A DNA stretch of 28,800 nt from an uncultured Methanosarcinales archaeon. Its GTDB lineage: Archaea; Nanobdellota; Nanobdellia; Woesearchaeales; CAXGTL01. Under the pieces are notes generated by a model. It had not been told where the DNA came from. It did not search any database and worked only from the letters and a program-made list of their open reading frames with translations. Positions 16,649-24,977 of this stretch are shown piece after piece; position 1 is the first letter of the stretch; the number at the start of each line of letters is the position of its first letter. The DNA lies in NCBI GenBank assembly GCA_964535955.1, contig CAZHVK010000003.1, positions 124,001 through 152,800 on the forward strand. The letters run 5' to 3'. The position numbers and the translations under genes are program-made.

Positions 16649-17251
16649 TTATTCATTTGGCACAGCAACCTCTATTTTAATTTTCCCAGGATAAAAATCA
16701 TTATTATACTTAAAAACAGTATCAAACTCTCTTTCTACAACATAAGAGCCTCTTTCCAGATCTTTTTGTCCATACAATAGGTTAAAGAAATTTTCATTAA
16801 AATATATTTCTCTTTCTCCTTTTTTTTGTTCTATTTTTTTACCCTGGGTTTCTTCTTTTTTTTCATCTTTTTCTTTTTTCTCTTCTTCAAACATATCAGA
16901 ATAATAAGTTATTCTTGCACCCATCCTATTTGTTTTTTCACCAAACCTTTCACCAAAACCTAAATTCTTATTAATTTCTTTTTCAATTTTTTCAAGATCA
17001 TTAATATCAATCACTCCAGGATAAACCCTTCCAATTTCTTCATCATAATAAGAAATTCCATTTTTTGAATACATTAAAACAAAATCATAGACATTTGTTT
17101 CAGCTTGTTCAGTATTAACTTTTGTAACAATAAACCCTCTTATGAGAGCTAGTACTACAAATAATGCAATTATTGTAAAAAATATTCTAGGAATATAATA
17201 CATTACCATCTGGCTAATCTGTGCTTTTTTATTTTTTTTAATTATTTTCAT
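16649..17251 (-). CDS. Class III signal peptide (pilin-like) protein
   Basis: KKNKKA-QISQMVMYYIPRIFFTIIALFVVL. Confidence 0.8.
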   Translation of the reverse strand: MKIIKKNKKAQISQMVMYYIPRIFFTIIALFVVLALIRGFIVTKVNTEQAETNVYDFVLMYSKNGISYYDEEIGRVYPGVIDINDLEKIEKEINKNLGFGERFGEKTNRMGARITYYSDMFEEEKKEKDEKKEETQGKKIEQKKGEREIYFNENFFNLLYGQKDLERGSYVVEREFDTVFKYNNDFYPGKIKIEVAVPNE

Positions 17252-17284
17252 TATACTTGTTATTTTCTTTATTTTATTTTTGTT

Positions 17285-17707
17285 TTAACTTATTCCTTCT
17301 TTTATTTCTAACTTATTTTCTTTATTTGAAAATATTATTTTTTGTGGTTCTTTGATATCTGCATCGAAACTTCCATCATGAGACAAATATGGAAATACTT
17401 TTTTATTGCCTGTTTTTTCAGAAACAAACACATTACTATCTAACCATACAAATTCAAATTTATGCAGTACTGTATCACCAGAATACATAGCATATTCAAA
17501 TTCAATATCTTGTGGAGAATTTTCAATAATAGATGTTGTTAATGCTAAGTCTCTTGACAAATAATTTCTTTCAAACAAAGTATTGTCTTTTATTGATATT
17601 AAGTAATATGTTAATCCAAGCCCCATGATTCCAACCAAGATAATTTCTAATATGACAAACCAAACTAGGTAAGTTGTTGCTTTTTTATAAAATCCTCTTT
17701 TTTTCAT
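17285..17707 (-). CDS. Class III signal peptide (pilin-like) protein
   Basis: MKKRGFYKKA-TTYLVWFVILEIILVG; ATG 17707 lies about 30 nt downstream of a TATA tract. Confidence 0.75.
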   Translation of the reverse strand: MKKRGFYKKATTYLVWFVILEIILVGIMGLGLTYYLISIKDNTLFERNYLSRDLALTTSIIENSPQDIEFEYAMYSGDTVLHKFEFVWLDSNVFVSEKTGNKKVFPYLSHDGSFDADIKEPQKIIFSNKENKLEIKEGIS

Positions 17708-17759
17708 GTTATTACTATGATTTAATATAATTTTATATATATATGTTTTGTTTTTTATG

Positions 17760-17874
17760 TGTTGGTACAAGCCGCCAGTTTGGCAAGTGAGCCAAAATTA
17801 GATTCGTAAGACTGCCTTGGTACTCTATTTATTATTTTTGAAATTAGAGTAGGCGAACGAGGGTTGTACCAACA
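17760..17874. ncRNA. Structured non-coding element, copy 1 (RNA or ssDNA/MITE-like)
   Basis: 11-bp terminal inverted repeat; shares AGTGAGCCAA, TAAGACT, TTGGT and AGGCGAACG plus covarying stems with 24861-24972. Confidence 0.6.
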
Positions 17875-17939
17875 TTTGTTTTTTATGTGTACCAAAACAC
17901 ATAAATCTTTAAATACAAAATTTTATTCCAAACACTAAA

Positions 17940-20573
17940 ATGTCAAACAAACTCCTAAACACATCATTATCATTACTAATGTCATGTTTTTTATTCTTTA
18001 TTCCAACAAAAGCAAATTCACAATCAATATCAGGCCAGGTCTTTGCAAACACATCAACAACTCAACAACCTGATTATAAACAGGCACATTCTCTTGAGAT
18101 GAAATTAATATCAAAACAAAACAAAGAAAAAATAATAAAAACAGATGAAAATGGCTGTTTTAATATTGATTTTGATTCTGTACATGATATTGAATACTCA
18201 ATCTCTCATAAAGGTGGTGTAATAAAAGGAGAAAATTACAAACCAGGAGTAATATCAATTGACTTAAGCAAACTAGGTGTTGACAAGCAGTATGAATTCA
18301 CAGTCACATATGACAAAGATGATTTTGACAACAAAAGAGACATTTTTCAACACATCTTCTTATATCCACAACAACACTGGGACAGTGGAAATCTTTGGTT
18401 TACACTAACTTGTAGAAAAAAACCAGACCAAAATAAAAAACCATTGTTACTAATTGGTGGTTTTCACAATGAAAACAAAGAATTTGGAAATTTTCATGAG
18501 ATATTTCCATCACAAGAATATGATATTTATGAATTAAATTACCCTTATGATCAAGATATACCTTTGAGTTCTTGGTTATTAAGAGATACTCTGGATTTTC
18601 TTAAACAAGTATATGGTTCAGACATAGATGTTGTGACACACAGCAAGGGTGGACTACTACCAAGAACTCTTATTCAAAACAAAGCATTGTTTCAGAAAAA
18701 CCTAGAAACATACTTAACAGACAACATAATCATTCCTTATAATCATAACATAAGAAACTTAGTAATGCTTGCACCTCCTAATTTTGGAAGTTACCAAGCA
18801 TACAGGATTGTTTTTGAAAAAGGTTTTGCATTTTTAGAAGAACACGCACCGCAGAGAGGTTATAAATCTAATTCACCAGGATCAAAGAGATTAGCTAAAG
18901 GAAACAAATTTTTATTTGACCTTTTTATAGATTATATAACTAATCATGAACAATACACAAAGATTCCTACAATGATCATAGCAGGAAATAATGACAAACT
19001 CGCATTTGGCTCAACATTGGTTCCAGAAACAAAATCAAGACAAGGTGATGGTTTTGTATCTTTATTAAGTGCACATCTTCCTTTTATTGAAAACACATTT
19101 GTTATTAATGAGAATCATGCTACAATAAGAACAAATAGTACTGATGGAAAATCTTTAACAAAAGAAGAATGTAATTATTTTTTACAACCAATTGCTTATT
19201 TTTTAAGAGATAAGATAGAATTTATAAGAAAACTCAAACAATTTTCAAAAACAGGATTCAGGCAATATGATCCTAAAGATATGAATGGTGGAATATTATT
19301 AAAAACAGACACAATAGACAACTATGTATTATCATTAGACAATGTTATAGATGACTCTGACTTCTTTTTTTTAGAAGATCCAGGAGAAAGATTAAGATTA
19401 TCAGAACATACTGTTAACACAAATCCAGATATTTATGCAGAACCACCAATTGAACTTGATCCTAATTCAAAAAATCTGGTTTATTTTATATTCAACAGAG
19501 CACATCTCAAAGATAGATTAAAATCTAAAGACAAACAAAAACCAATATCTGGTTTGCCTCCTGGTGAATATTTTTTACTAACATATGAAAAAACAAGAGA
19601 CTGGAATGCAACATTAAAATTTTGGTCAGGAAAACCAAAAACAATAATAAAAATCAAACAGAATCTTGGTAAGGTTAAAATCTTTCCAGGCCAGTTCACA
19701 GTCAGTTCTCTAAAAAACAACAAACTAAAAAATATTTTTGAACAAGAGGTTAAGGTAATACAACCACAACAAATAGCACAAGATTATTTACAAAAGGCAA
19801 AATCAGCAAGAACACTTGATGAAAAAATAGAACTTTGTAATACTTCAATTGACATTGATCCTGATTTCTCAGACCCTTATCTTCACTTAGGAGCAATCTA
19901 TTGGAAAGAAAAAAATGATCCTGAAAAAGCACTAGAATGTTTTAGAAAACATAATGAATTATGTACTGATGCTGAAACAAAAGCTAAAGTAGAAAAGTAT
20001 ATTGGATTTTTAGAACAAGAAAAAGAGACAAAACATGAAAATATAATTATTTGTATAAAAAATATTGATTCACTTTATGTAGCCACTACTCGTGCTATAG
20101 CATTGGAATTTAATTCAAAATATGACTTTGTAAGACAAGGGTTTAGTTCTCTCTTAACAAATAAACTTATTAGATCTATCCCAAGATGTTCTGAAAATGG
20201 AACTTATAAATATGATTCTTCAAAAGGAAAAGAATTAAAATGTACTGTTTATTGTTCAAAACATGGTTATTTAGAAAATATTCTTGAAAAACATGGTTTT
20301 GATTTAGACACACTAAAAAGAGAACAAGTGTATAAACAAATACAAACAACGCAATCTCTTGATAAAAAAATAAGATTATATGAAAGAGCAATCTATTTAG
20401 ATCATGATTTTCCAGATTCTTATCTTCATCTTGGTGCCATCTATTGGAAAGAAAAAAATAATCCTAAAAAAGCATTAGAATATTTTAGAAAACATAATGA
20501 ATTAAGTGCAGACAATGAAAAAAAGAGCAAAGTGCAAAGATATATAAATTTGTTAGAACAAGAAATTAGATAA
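17940..20573 (+). CDS. Secreted alpha/beta hydrolase (PGAP1/lipase-like) with duplicated C-terminal TPR modules
   Basis: Sec signal peptide; LLLIGGF, VTHSKGGL nucleophile elbow, LAPPNFGS, GDGFVS, NHA; two YLHLGAIYWKEKN TPR units. Confidence 0.85.
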   Translation: MSNKLLNTSLSLLMSCFLFFIPTKANSQSISGQVFANTSTTQQPDYKQAHSLEMKLISKQNKEKIIKTDENGCFNIDFDSVHDIEYSISHKGGVIKGENYKPGVISIDLSKLGVDKQYEFTVTYDKDDFDNKRDIFQHIFLYPQQHWDSGNLWFTLTCRKKPDQNKKPLLLIGGFHNENKEFGNFHEIFPSQEYDIYELNYPYDQDIPLSSWLLRDTLDFLKQVYGSDIDVVTHSKGGLLPRTLIQNKALFQKNLETYLTDNIIIPYNHNIRNLVMLAPPNFGSYQAYRIVFEKGFAFLEEHAPQRGYKSNSPGSKRLAKGNKFLFDLFIDYITNHEQYTKIPTMIIAGNNDKLAFGSTLVPETKSRQGDGFVSLLSAHLPFIENTFVINENHATIRTNSTDGKSLTKEECNYFLQPIAYFLRDKIEFIRKLKQFSKTGFRQYDPKDMNGGILLKTDTIDNYVLSLDNVIDDSDFFFLEDPGERLRLSEHTVNTNPDIYAEPPIELDPNSKNLVYFIFNRAHLKDRLKSKDKQKPISGLPPGEYFLLTYEKTRDWNATLKFWSGKPKTIIKIKQNLGKVKIFPGQFTVSSLKNNKLKNIFEQEVKVIQPQQIAQDYLQKAKSARTLDEKIELCNTSIDIDPDFSDPYLHLGAIYWKEKNDPEKALECFRKHNELCTDAETKAKVEKYIGFLEQEKETKHENIIICIKNIDSLYVATTRAIALEFNSKYDFVRQGFSSLLTNKLIRSIPRCSENGTYKYDSSKGKELKCTVYCSKHGYLENILEKHGFDLDTLKREQVYKQIQTTQSLDKKIRLYERAIYLDHDFPDSYLHLGAIYWKEKNNPKKALEYFRKHNELSADNEKKSKVQRYINLLEQEIR
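19815..20564 (+). repeat. Internal duplication of a ~205-bp TPR module (about 19815-20021 and 20358-20564)
   Basis: Near-identical translations (LDEKI...YLHLGAIYWKEKNDPEKALECFRKHNEL...LEQE vs LDKKI...YLHLGAIYWKEKNNPKKALEYFRKHNEL...LEQE) with visible DNA similarity. Confidence 0.9.
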
Positions 20574-20578
20574 AAATA

Positions 20579-21118
20579 TTAACCTGGTCTATCACTAGGA
20601 TGTACAGGCTCAGATAAATCCCTTTTCTTCATTACTCCACCACTTCTATCATCATTTTTAGGATTCACACATCTTCCGGGTTTACCATCATCAATTTCTT
20701 TTGCAATAAGTTTTGCACATGCTTCACTATACTTACCTAAATCTCCTTTTTCAGGATCATCACTCCTTCCATCATCAGGTTCACAACCCCTTGCAATCTT
20801 ATCCTTGTCTTCATCTTTTAATGTATTATGGCAAATGGATACACCATCTGAATCTTCATTAGTACACACACAATTATCACAATCATCAGGAAACTTATCA
20901 CCATCCACATCAATATAATCTCCTGTCTGCGGCAGGTCTGCTTTTTGTTTACAGAATTCATACTGTGCTATATCAATGAACCTGCCAGTTTCTCTTCCAA
21001 ATAGATTAAATCCTCTATTCTGCATCCATATTATGGTAAATGCCACTATAAACAGGATTAATATTGTTATGAGTATTGTAACAACCATTGTTGCTGCTTT
21101 TTTGTTCTTTTGCATCAT
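20579..21118 (-). CDS. Class III signal peptide protein with TSP3-like DxDxD Ca-binding motifs
   Basis: KNKKA-ATMVV; DVDGDKFPDDCDNCVC and DEDKDKIARGCE. Confidence 0.8.
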   Translation of the reverse strand: MMQKNKKAATMVVTILITILILFIVAFTIIWMQNRGFNLFGRETGRFIDIAQYEFCKQKADLPQTGDYIDVDGDKFPDDCDNCVCTNEDSDGVSICHNTLKDEDKDKIARGCEPDDGRSDDPEKGDLGKYSEACAKLIAKEIDDGKPGRCVNPKNDDRSGGVMKKRDLSEPVHPSDRPG

Positions 21119-21252
21119 ATAACTATCTTTTAACACATTTATCTATATAAACCTATTTATTTTTATATATTCATTTAATAGACATAAATAATAAAAAACA
21201 ACAATATTTAAATATCTAAAAATAAACCCTAAACCAATACAGAGATGATATT

Positions 21253-22149
21253 ATGCTTGAGAATATACTAAACAATTGGAAAGGAAGATTATGTTTAACT
21301 ATTGCAACTCTCGGTCTAGCAACCACTTTATGTTATGATGTTGCCAAAGCAGATTCTGGCGATGTTTTGGATGGCCTTGATCAATGGATTGAACAAAAAC
21401 AAACACAAGAACAACAATCACCAGAAGAACAAGTACAAGCAATGATACGCATGAATCTTGATCTGCTTGATTCTGGCCAGTATGATGAATTAGTTCATAA
21501 TTTTTTTTATATTAATAAAGATAATTTGTTTCTTAAAGAATATGGTTCTACTATGGATGAGGTTGTAAAAAATCTTGAAAACAATTTTAAAGGAAATATA
21601 ACTGAAAGTAGAAAAATGTTATCCCCTCTCTTAGATATAAAACCTGAAATAAAAAGAGATAATAATCTTGCAATTTTGTATAATGAAGAAATGAGATCAT
21701 ATTTTGTTTTTGAAAGAATTGAAGATAATTGGTATTTTATAGGTGCAGAGGACGATTATAATACTATAAAACTAATGAGTACAATCCAAGAACAAAGAAC
21801 AATGAAAAAAGAAATAAGGGAGTCAATAGATTATTCTCTTAGATTATTTAATCAAGGAAAATATGAGAAATTTGTTGATTCTCTTTTTAATTATAAAGCT
21901 CAACAAGAATTTGAATCATCTCTTGATAGAAGTAGAACTTCTAAAACAGAATTTACACAAAAAAGGTCAAGTTTTATTAATTTTTTTAAAAGTGGAACTA
22001 AGAACACAAAAAAATATATTCTCATTTTTCAAAATTTTTTAAAGACAGAGCCAGAATTTCGTGAAAATAAAGCAAAACTAAATGATGGTAAAGGAGTTGA
22101 ATTTTATTTTATTAAACAAGGAGATAAATGGTATGCAATAATGGATTGA
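21253..22149 (+). CDS. Secreted hypothetical protein with two internal repeat domains
   Basis: Signal peptide ending AKA-D. Two halves share L.L...G.Y...V...F, KPEIKRDNNLA/EPEFRENKA and F.RIEDNWY/F.KQGDKWY. Confidence 0.8.
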   Translation: MLENILNNWKGRLCLTIATLGLATTLCYDVAKADSGDVLDGLDQWIEQKQTQEQQSPEEQVQAMIRMNLDLLDSGQYDELVHNFFYINKDNLFLKEYGSTMDEVVKNLENNFKGNITESRKMLSPLLDIKPEIKRDNNLAILYNEEMRSYFVFERIEDNWYFIGAEDDYNTIKLMSTIQEQRTMKKEIRESIDYSLRLFNQGKYEKFVDSLFNYKAQQEFESSLDRSRTSKTEFTQKRSSFINFFKSGTKNTKKYILIFQNFLKTEPEFRENKAKLNDGKGVEFYFIKQGDKWYAIMD

Positions 22150-22191
22150 TACATATAATTTAACAATATCTAATCTTTCTAATTATAACCT

Positions 22192-23298
22192 TTATATTGT
22201 TCTGCAATTATTAGTTGCTCCCCTCCACCATTGCCATTTACATTCATCCACTTTATTACAAGGATCAATAAAACACATTTCTTTATCATCACCATAATCT
22301 TCACATCTATTAATCTTATTACAATCTACACAATAATTATCACTAAATAATCCAATACCATCATAAGTCCATCCACCACAATTCAATCCACATTCATTAT
22401 ATTCACATACATACTCTGTTTTATAATCCTTGCATTTCTTTATATCTTTACAATCATCCACTTCTTCAACTATTTCTTCACCTTGTCCTCTTTTAAAACA
22501 TCCTTCTTCATTATTCCATCTACAATTTCCATATTTACAAGGATCTTTTTCACATACATATTTTCTTTTAGGATCATAATGTTTACAATCTTTATTAACA
22601 GGGCAATTCATACATGATAACATAATTCCCCCAGAATAATGTGGAACACAATTATCATAAATATTGCATGTATTATCTAAACAATCAACTTCATTTGTTC
22701 CATAATCATTACATTTGTCTATTTTACTACACTTTTCTAAAAATTCTTGTTTTTCTTCTTGTCTTCTTTCTTGTTCTGCTAATCTTTGTTCAATAGCTTG
22801 CCTTCCTTCTTCACTTTCTTCATCATCATCTTCTTCTTCTTCTTCTTCTTCACTTCTTGTCATTCCTTCTTCTTCAGGATAACATCTTGCATCTTTGCCT
22901 TGATCAAGCCTTTTTGAAATTTGTATACTACATTTTTTATTATAAACACCACTACTTAAAGAATCATCTAAGTCACATTCATCAGCAATCTTATCTTTAT
23001 CTTCATCATCTTTTAGATTGTCACACCCAGAATCTTGAGAACAAACACAATTATCACAATCATCAGGAAATCCATCCTCATCAATATCAAGATATTCATC
23101 TGTTCCAAGCAACTTCCCTTTTTCTTTGCAATAATTATATTCTTGTTCATTAAGTGATCTTCTAGTTTGTTGTGTAAATTTATCTAACCAATTATTTTGT
23201 ATAAAAACTATAGAAAAAGCAACAACAAGTAATATGACAACTACAATAATTATTCTTACAACCATTGTTGCAGCTTTTTTATTTTTAAGAAATAACAT
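22192..23298 (-). CDS. Class III signal peptide protein with TSP3-like motifs, acidic linker and four Cys-rich repeats
   Basis: Paralog of 20579-21118 over its first ~140 aa; poly-E/D linker; C-x2-(I/V)-x2-C-x-(D/H)Y...C-x3-4-C repeats. Confidence 0.85.
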   Translation of the reverse strand: MLFLKNKKAATMVVRIIIVVVILLVVAFSIVFIQNNWLDKFTQQTRRSLNEQEYNYCKEKGKLLGTDEYLDIDEDGFPDDCDNCVCSQDSGCDNLKDDEDKDKIADECDLDDSLSSGVYNKKCSIQISKRLDQGKDARCYPEEEGMTRSEEEEEEEDDDEESEEGRQAIEQRLAEQERRQEEKQEFLEKCSKIDKCNDYGTNEVDCLDNTCNIYDNCVPHYSGGIMLSCMNCPVNKDCKHYDPKRKYVCEKDPCKYGNCRWNNEEGCFKRGQGEEIVEEVDDCKDIKKCKDYKTEYVCEYNECGLNCGGWTYDGIGLFSDNYCVDCNKINRCEDYGDDKEMCFIDPCNKVDECKWQWWRGATNNCRTI

Positions 23299-23299
23299 A

Positions 23300-23563
23300 T
23301 TAACTAATTGTTTTACAACATTCTTTTTTATTTTCTCCTTCTACTTCAGGACAACTTAATAATGTCATCAGAGTACCACCATCTTCTTTACATTTCCCAG
23401 ATTCAACACATTCATAGCCTTTACTTTGACAATCTTCAAGTCCTGTGTTGAACCAGTCAATCTTTCCAGTAAATATCATGATCATCACAACCAAAACAAT
23501 CAATAGAAGAACAGCAATTATGATTGTTCTTAATGACAATCCTTGAGCCTTTTTATTTATCAT
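23300..23563 (-). CDS. Small pilin-like protein with six-Cys head
   Basis: MINKKA-QGLSLRTIIIAVLLLIVLVV; AGGTGA SD; ends in CC. Confidence 0.85.
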   Translation of the reverse strand: MINKKAQGLSLRTIIIAVLLLIVLVVMIMIFTGKIDWFNTGLEDCQSKGYECVESGKCKEDGGTLMTLLSCPEVEGENKKECCKTIS

Positions 23564-23581
23564 ATTAATCACCTTTTTTAA

Positions 23582-24661
23582 TTAATTTATCAGTTTATCA
23601 TAATCTCTTTTTTTAATGCAAACATCTTTATTCATGAACTCTGTTAATTTTTGTTTTGCTTGTTCATCCCAATCATTAATAGGATATTTTGAAGAATACA
23701 CACCTTTTTTACAAGAATGAACAATATCTTTACTATATCTATATTCCACTGTTACACTTAGTTTTCCAATTAATTTATTCATCTCTCTTTTATCAACACC
23801 TTGTTCATCACCAGCAGTTATCAATCTTTCAACACAATTATCAAAAAATATTTTCATTCCCCATGGACTTTGTTGTCTGAATTCAAAATCAATCAAATTA
23901 AGATAAGTATCTACCATACTATCATAATTATTTTGTTCAGAATACAATTTTCCAAGTTCTTCTAAAGTACCTCTATAATCAGCTAATCTATCTTCACTAC
24001 CTGTACCTGAACCAAATATTTCTTCATAAAGTTTGATTGCATCTTGTTTATCATCTCCCTCATCTCTTCTAGATAAAACATCAGCTTTCAAAACCTTTAG
24101 ATATAATATGAATGATTGATGTGCATTTACACCTTTTGCTTGTTCTATTTTAAGATATTTTTCAATTTCCTTTAATACATTACCATAATCTCCTTGAATC
24201 TTCATCGCTTCAATCAATTCCAAAACATTCAACCTTTTATAACCAGGATCTTCAGTTGTTTCAATTAAATCCTCAATATATCCTTCACCTTTTTTAGGAT
24301 CAATTTCAGTTAAGATTCTGCCATGATTATATCTCATATTGTCTTTTTCAAATTTCATACCCTTAAATTCATCAGGAAAACATTTTTCAAACCCTTTAAA
24401 AAAACTTTCATCTGATTTATATATTACAACATTCCTATCTATCTTTTCTCTATATATTTCTTTGTACTCACTCAATGTTATACCTGTTGCATCACATTTT
24501 TTATCACTCAAAGAATCAACCCAATTTTTAAACACATTAAATCCAGGTGTTATACCTTTACTTATAACACCAATTAAAACAGTAAATAAGAGTAATAATA
24601 GAATAATGATTAAAACAATTACTTTTATACCAACTCCTTTTTTATTTATTCTTTTTCTCAT
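23582..24661 (-). CDS. Class III signal peptide protein with TPR-like helical domain
   Basis: INKKG-VGIKVIVLIIILLLLL; DAIKLYEEI and LEELGKLYSEQNNYDSMVDTY TPR-like helices. Confidence 0.8.
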   Translation of the reverse strand: MRKRINKKGVGIKVIVLIIILLLLLFTVLIGVISKGITPGFNVFKNWVDSLSDKKCDATGITLSEYKEIYREKIDRNVVIYKSDESFFKGFEKCFPDEFKGMKFEKDNMRYNHGRILTEIDPKKGEGYIEDLIETTEDPGYKRLNVLELIEAMKIQGDYGNVLKEIEKYLKIEQAKGVNAHQSFILYLKVLKADVLSRRDEGDDKQDAIKLYEEIFGSGTGSEDRLADYRGTLEELGKLYSEQNNYDSMVDTYLNLIDFEFRQQSPWGMKIFFDNCVERLITAGDEQGVDKREMNKLIGKLSVTVEYRYSKDIVHSCKKGVYSSKYPINDWDEQAKQKLTEFMNKDVCIKKRDYDKLIN

Positions 24662-24664
24662 GAT

Positions 24665-24823
24665 CTAAAGACCAGATATATCTACATTTCCAAAATAATT
24701 TTTAGCCCATATCAAAAATAAGACAATCACACCTAATAATGCCAATAATAAAACTACCTTTATCAATAACTGCATAGACATTTCAAATCCTTTTTTGTTT
24801 TTAAAAAATCTCATTATTTTCAT
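24665..24823 (-). CDS. Minimal pilin-like peptide, 52 aa
   Basis: Manual translation MKIMRFFKNKKG-FEMSMQLLIKVVLLLALLGVIVLFLIWAKNYFGNVDISGL; stops 3 nt before the next start. Confidence 0.8.
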   Translation of the reverse strand: MKIMRFFKNKKGFEMSMQLLIKVVLLLALLGVIVLFLIWAKNYFGNVDISGL

Positions 24824-24860
24824 ATTAATACCTTTATTTATTTAAATGTTTATATATATT

Positions 24861-24972
24861 TATGTGCATAGTGCCTGTAAGGCCAGTGAGCCAATTTACA
24901 TATCATAAGACTACATTTGGTGCTTCATTTACTTTTGTAGCATTTGAAGCAGGCGAACGTGCTATGCACATA
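24861..24972. ncRNA. Structured non-coding element, copy 2
   Basis: TATGTGCATAG/CTATGCACATA 11-bp terminal inverted repeat; same conserved blocks and stems as 17760-17874. Confidence 0.6.
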
Positions 24973-24977
24973 TGATT

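Noticed and set aside
17760..17874. Canonical hammerhead or HDV-like ribozyme
   Set aside because: The three-way layout and TGAG...CGAA resemble a hammerhead, but the core reads CAAGTGA/CCAGTGA and GAAC rather than CTGANGA and GAAA. No HDV P1/P2/P3 nested pseudoknot could be built.
19815..20564. Diversity-generating retroelement TR/VR pair
   Set aside because: Differences are not adenine-specific, both copies are in-frame coding, and no reverse transcriptase is in the window.
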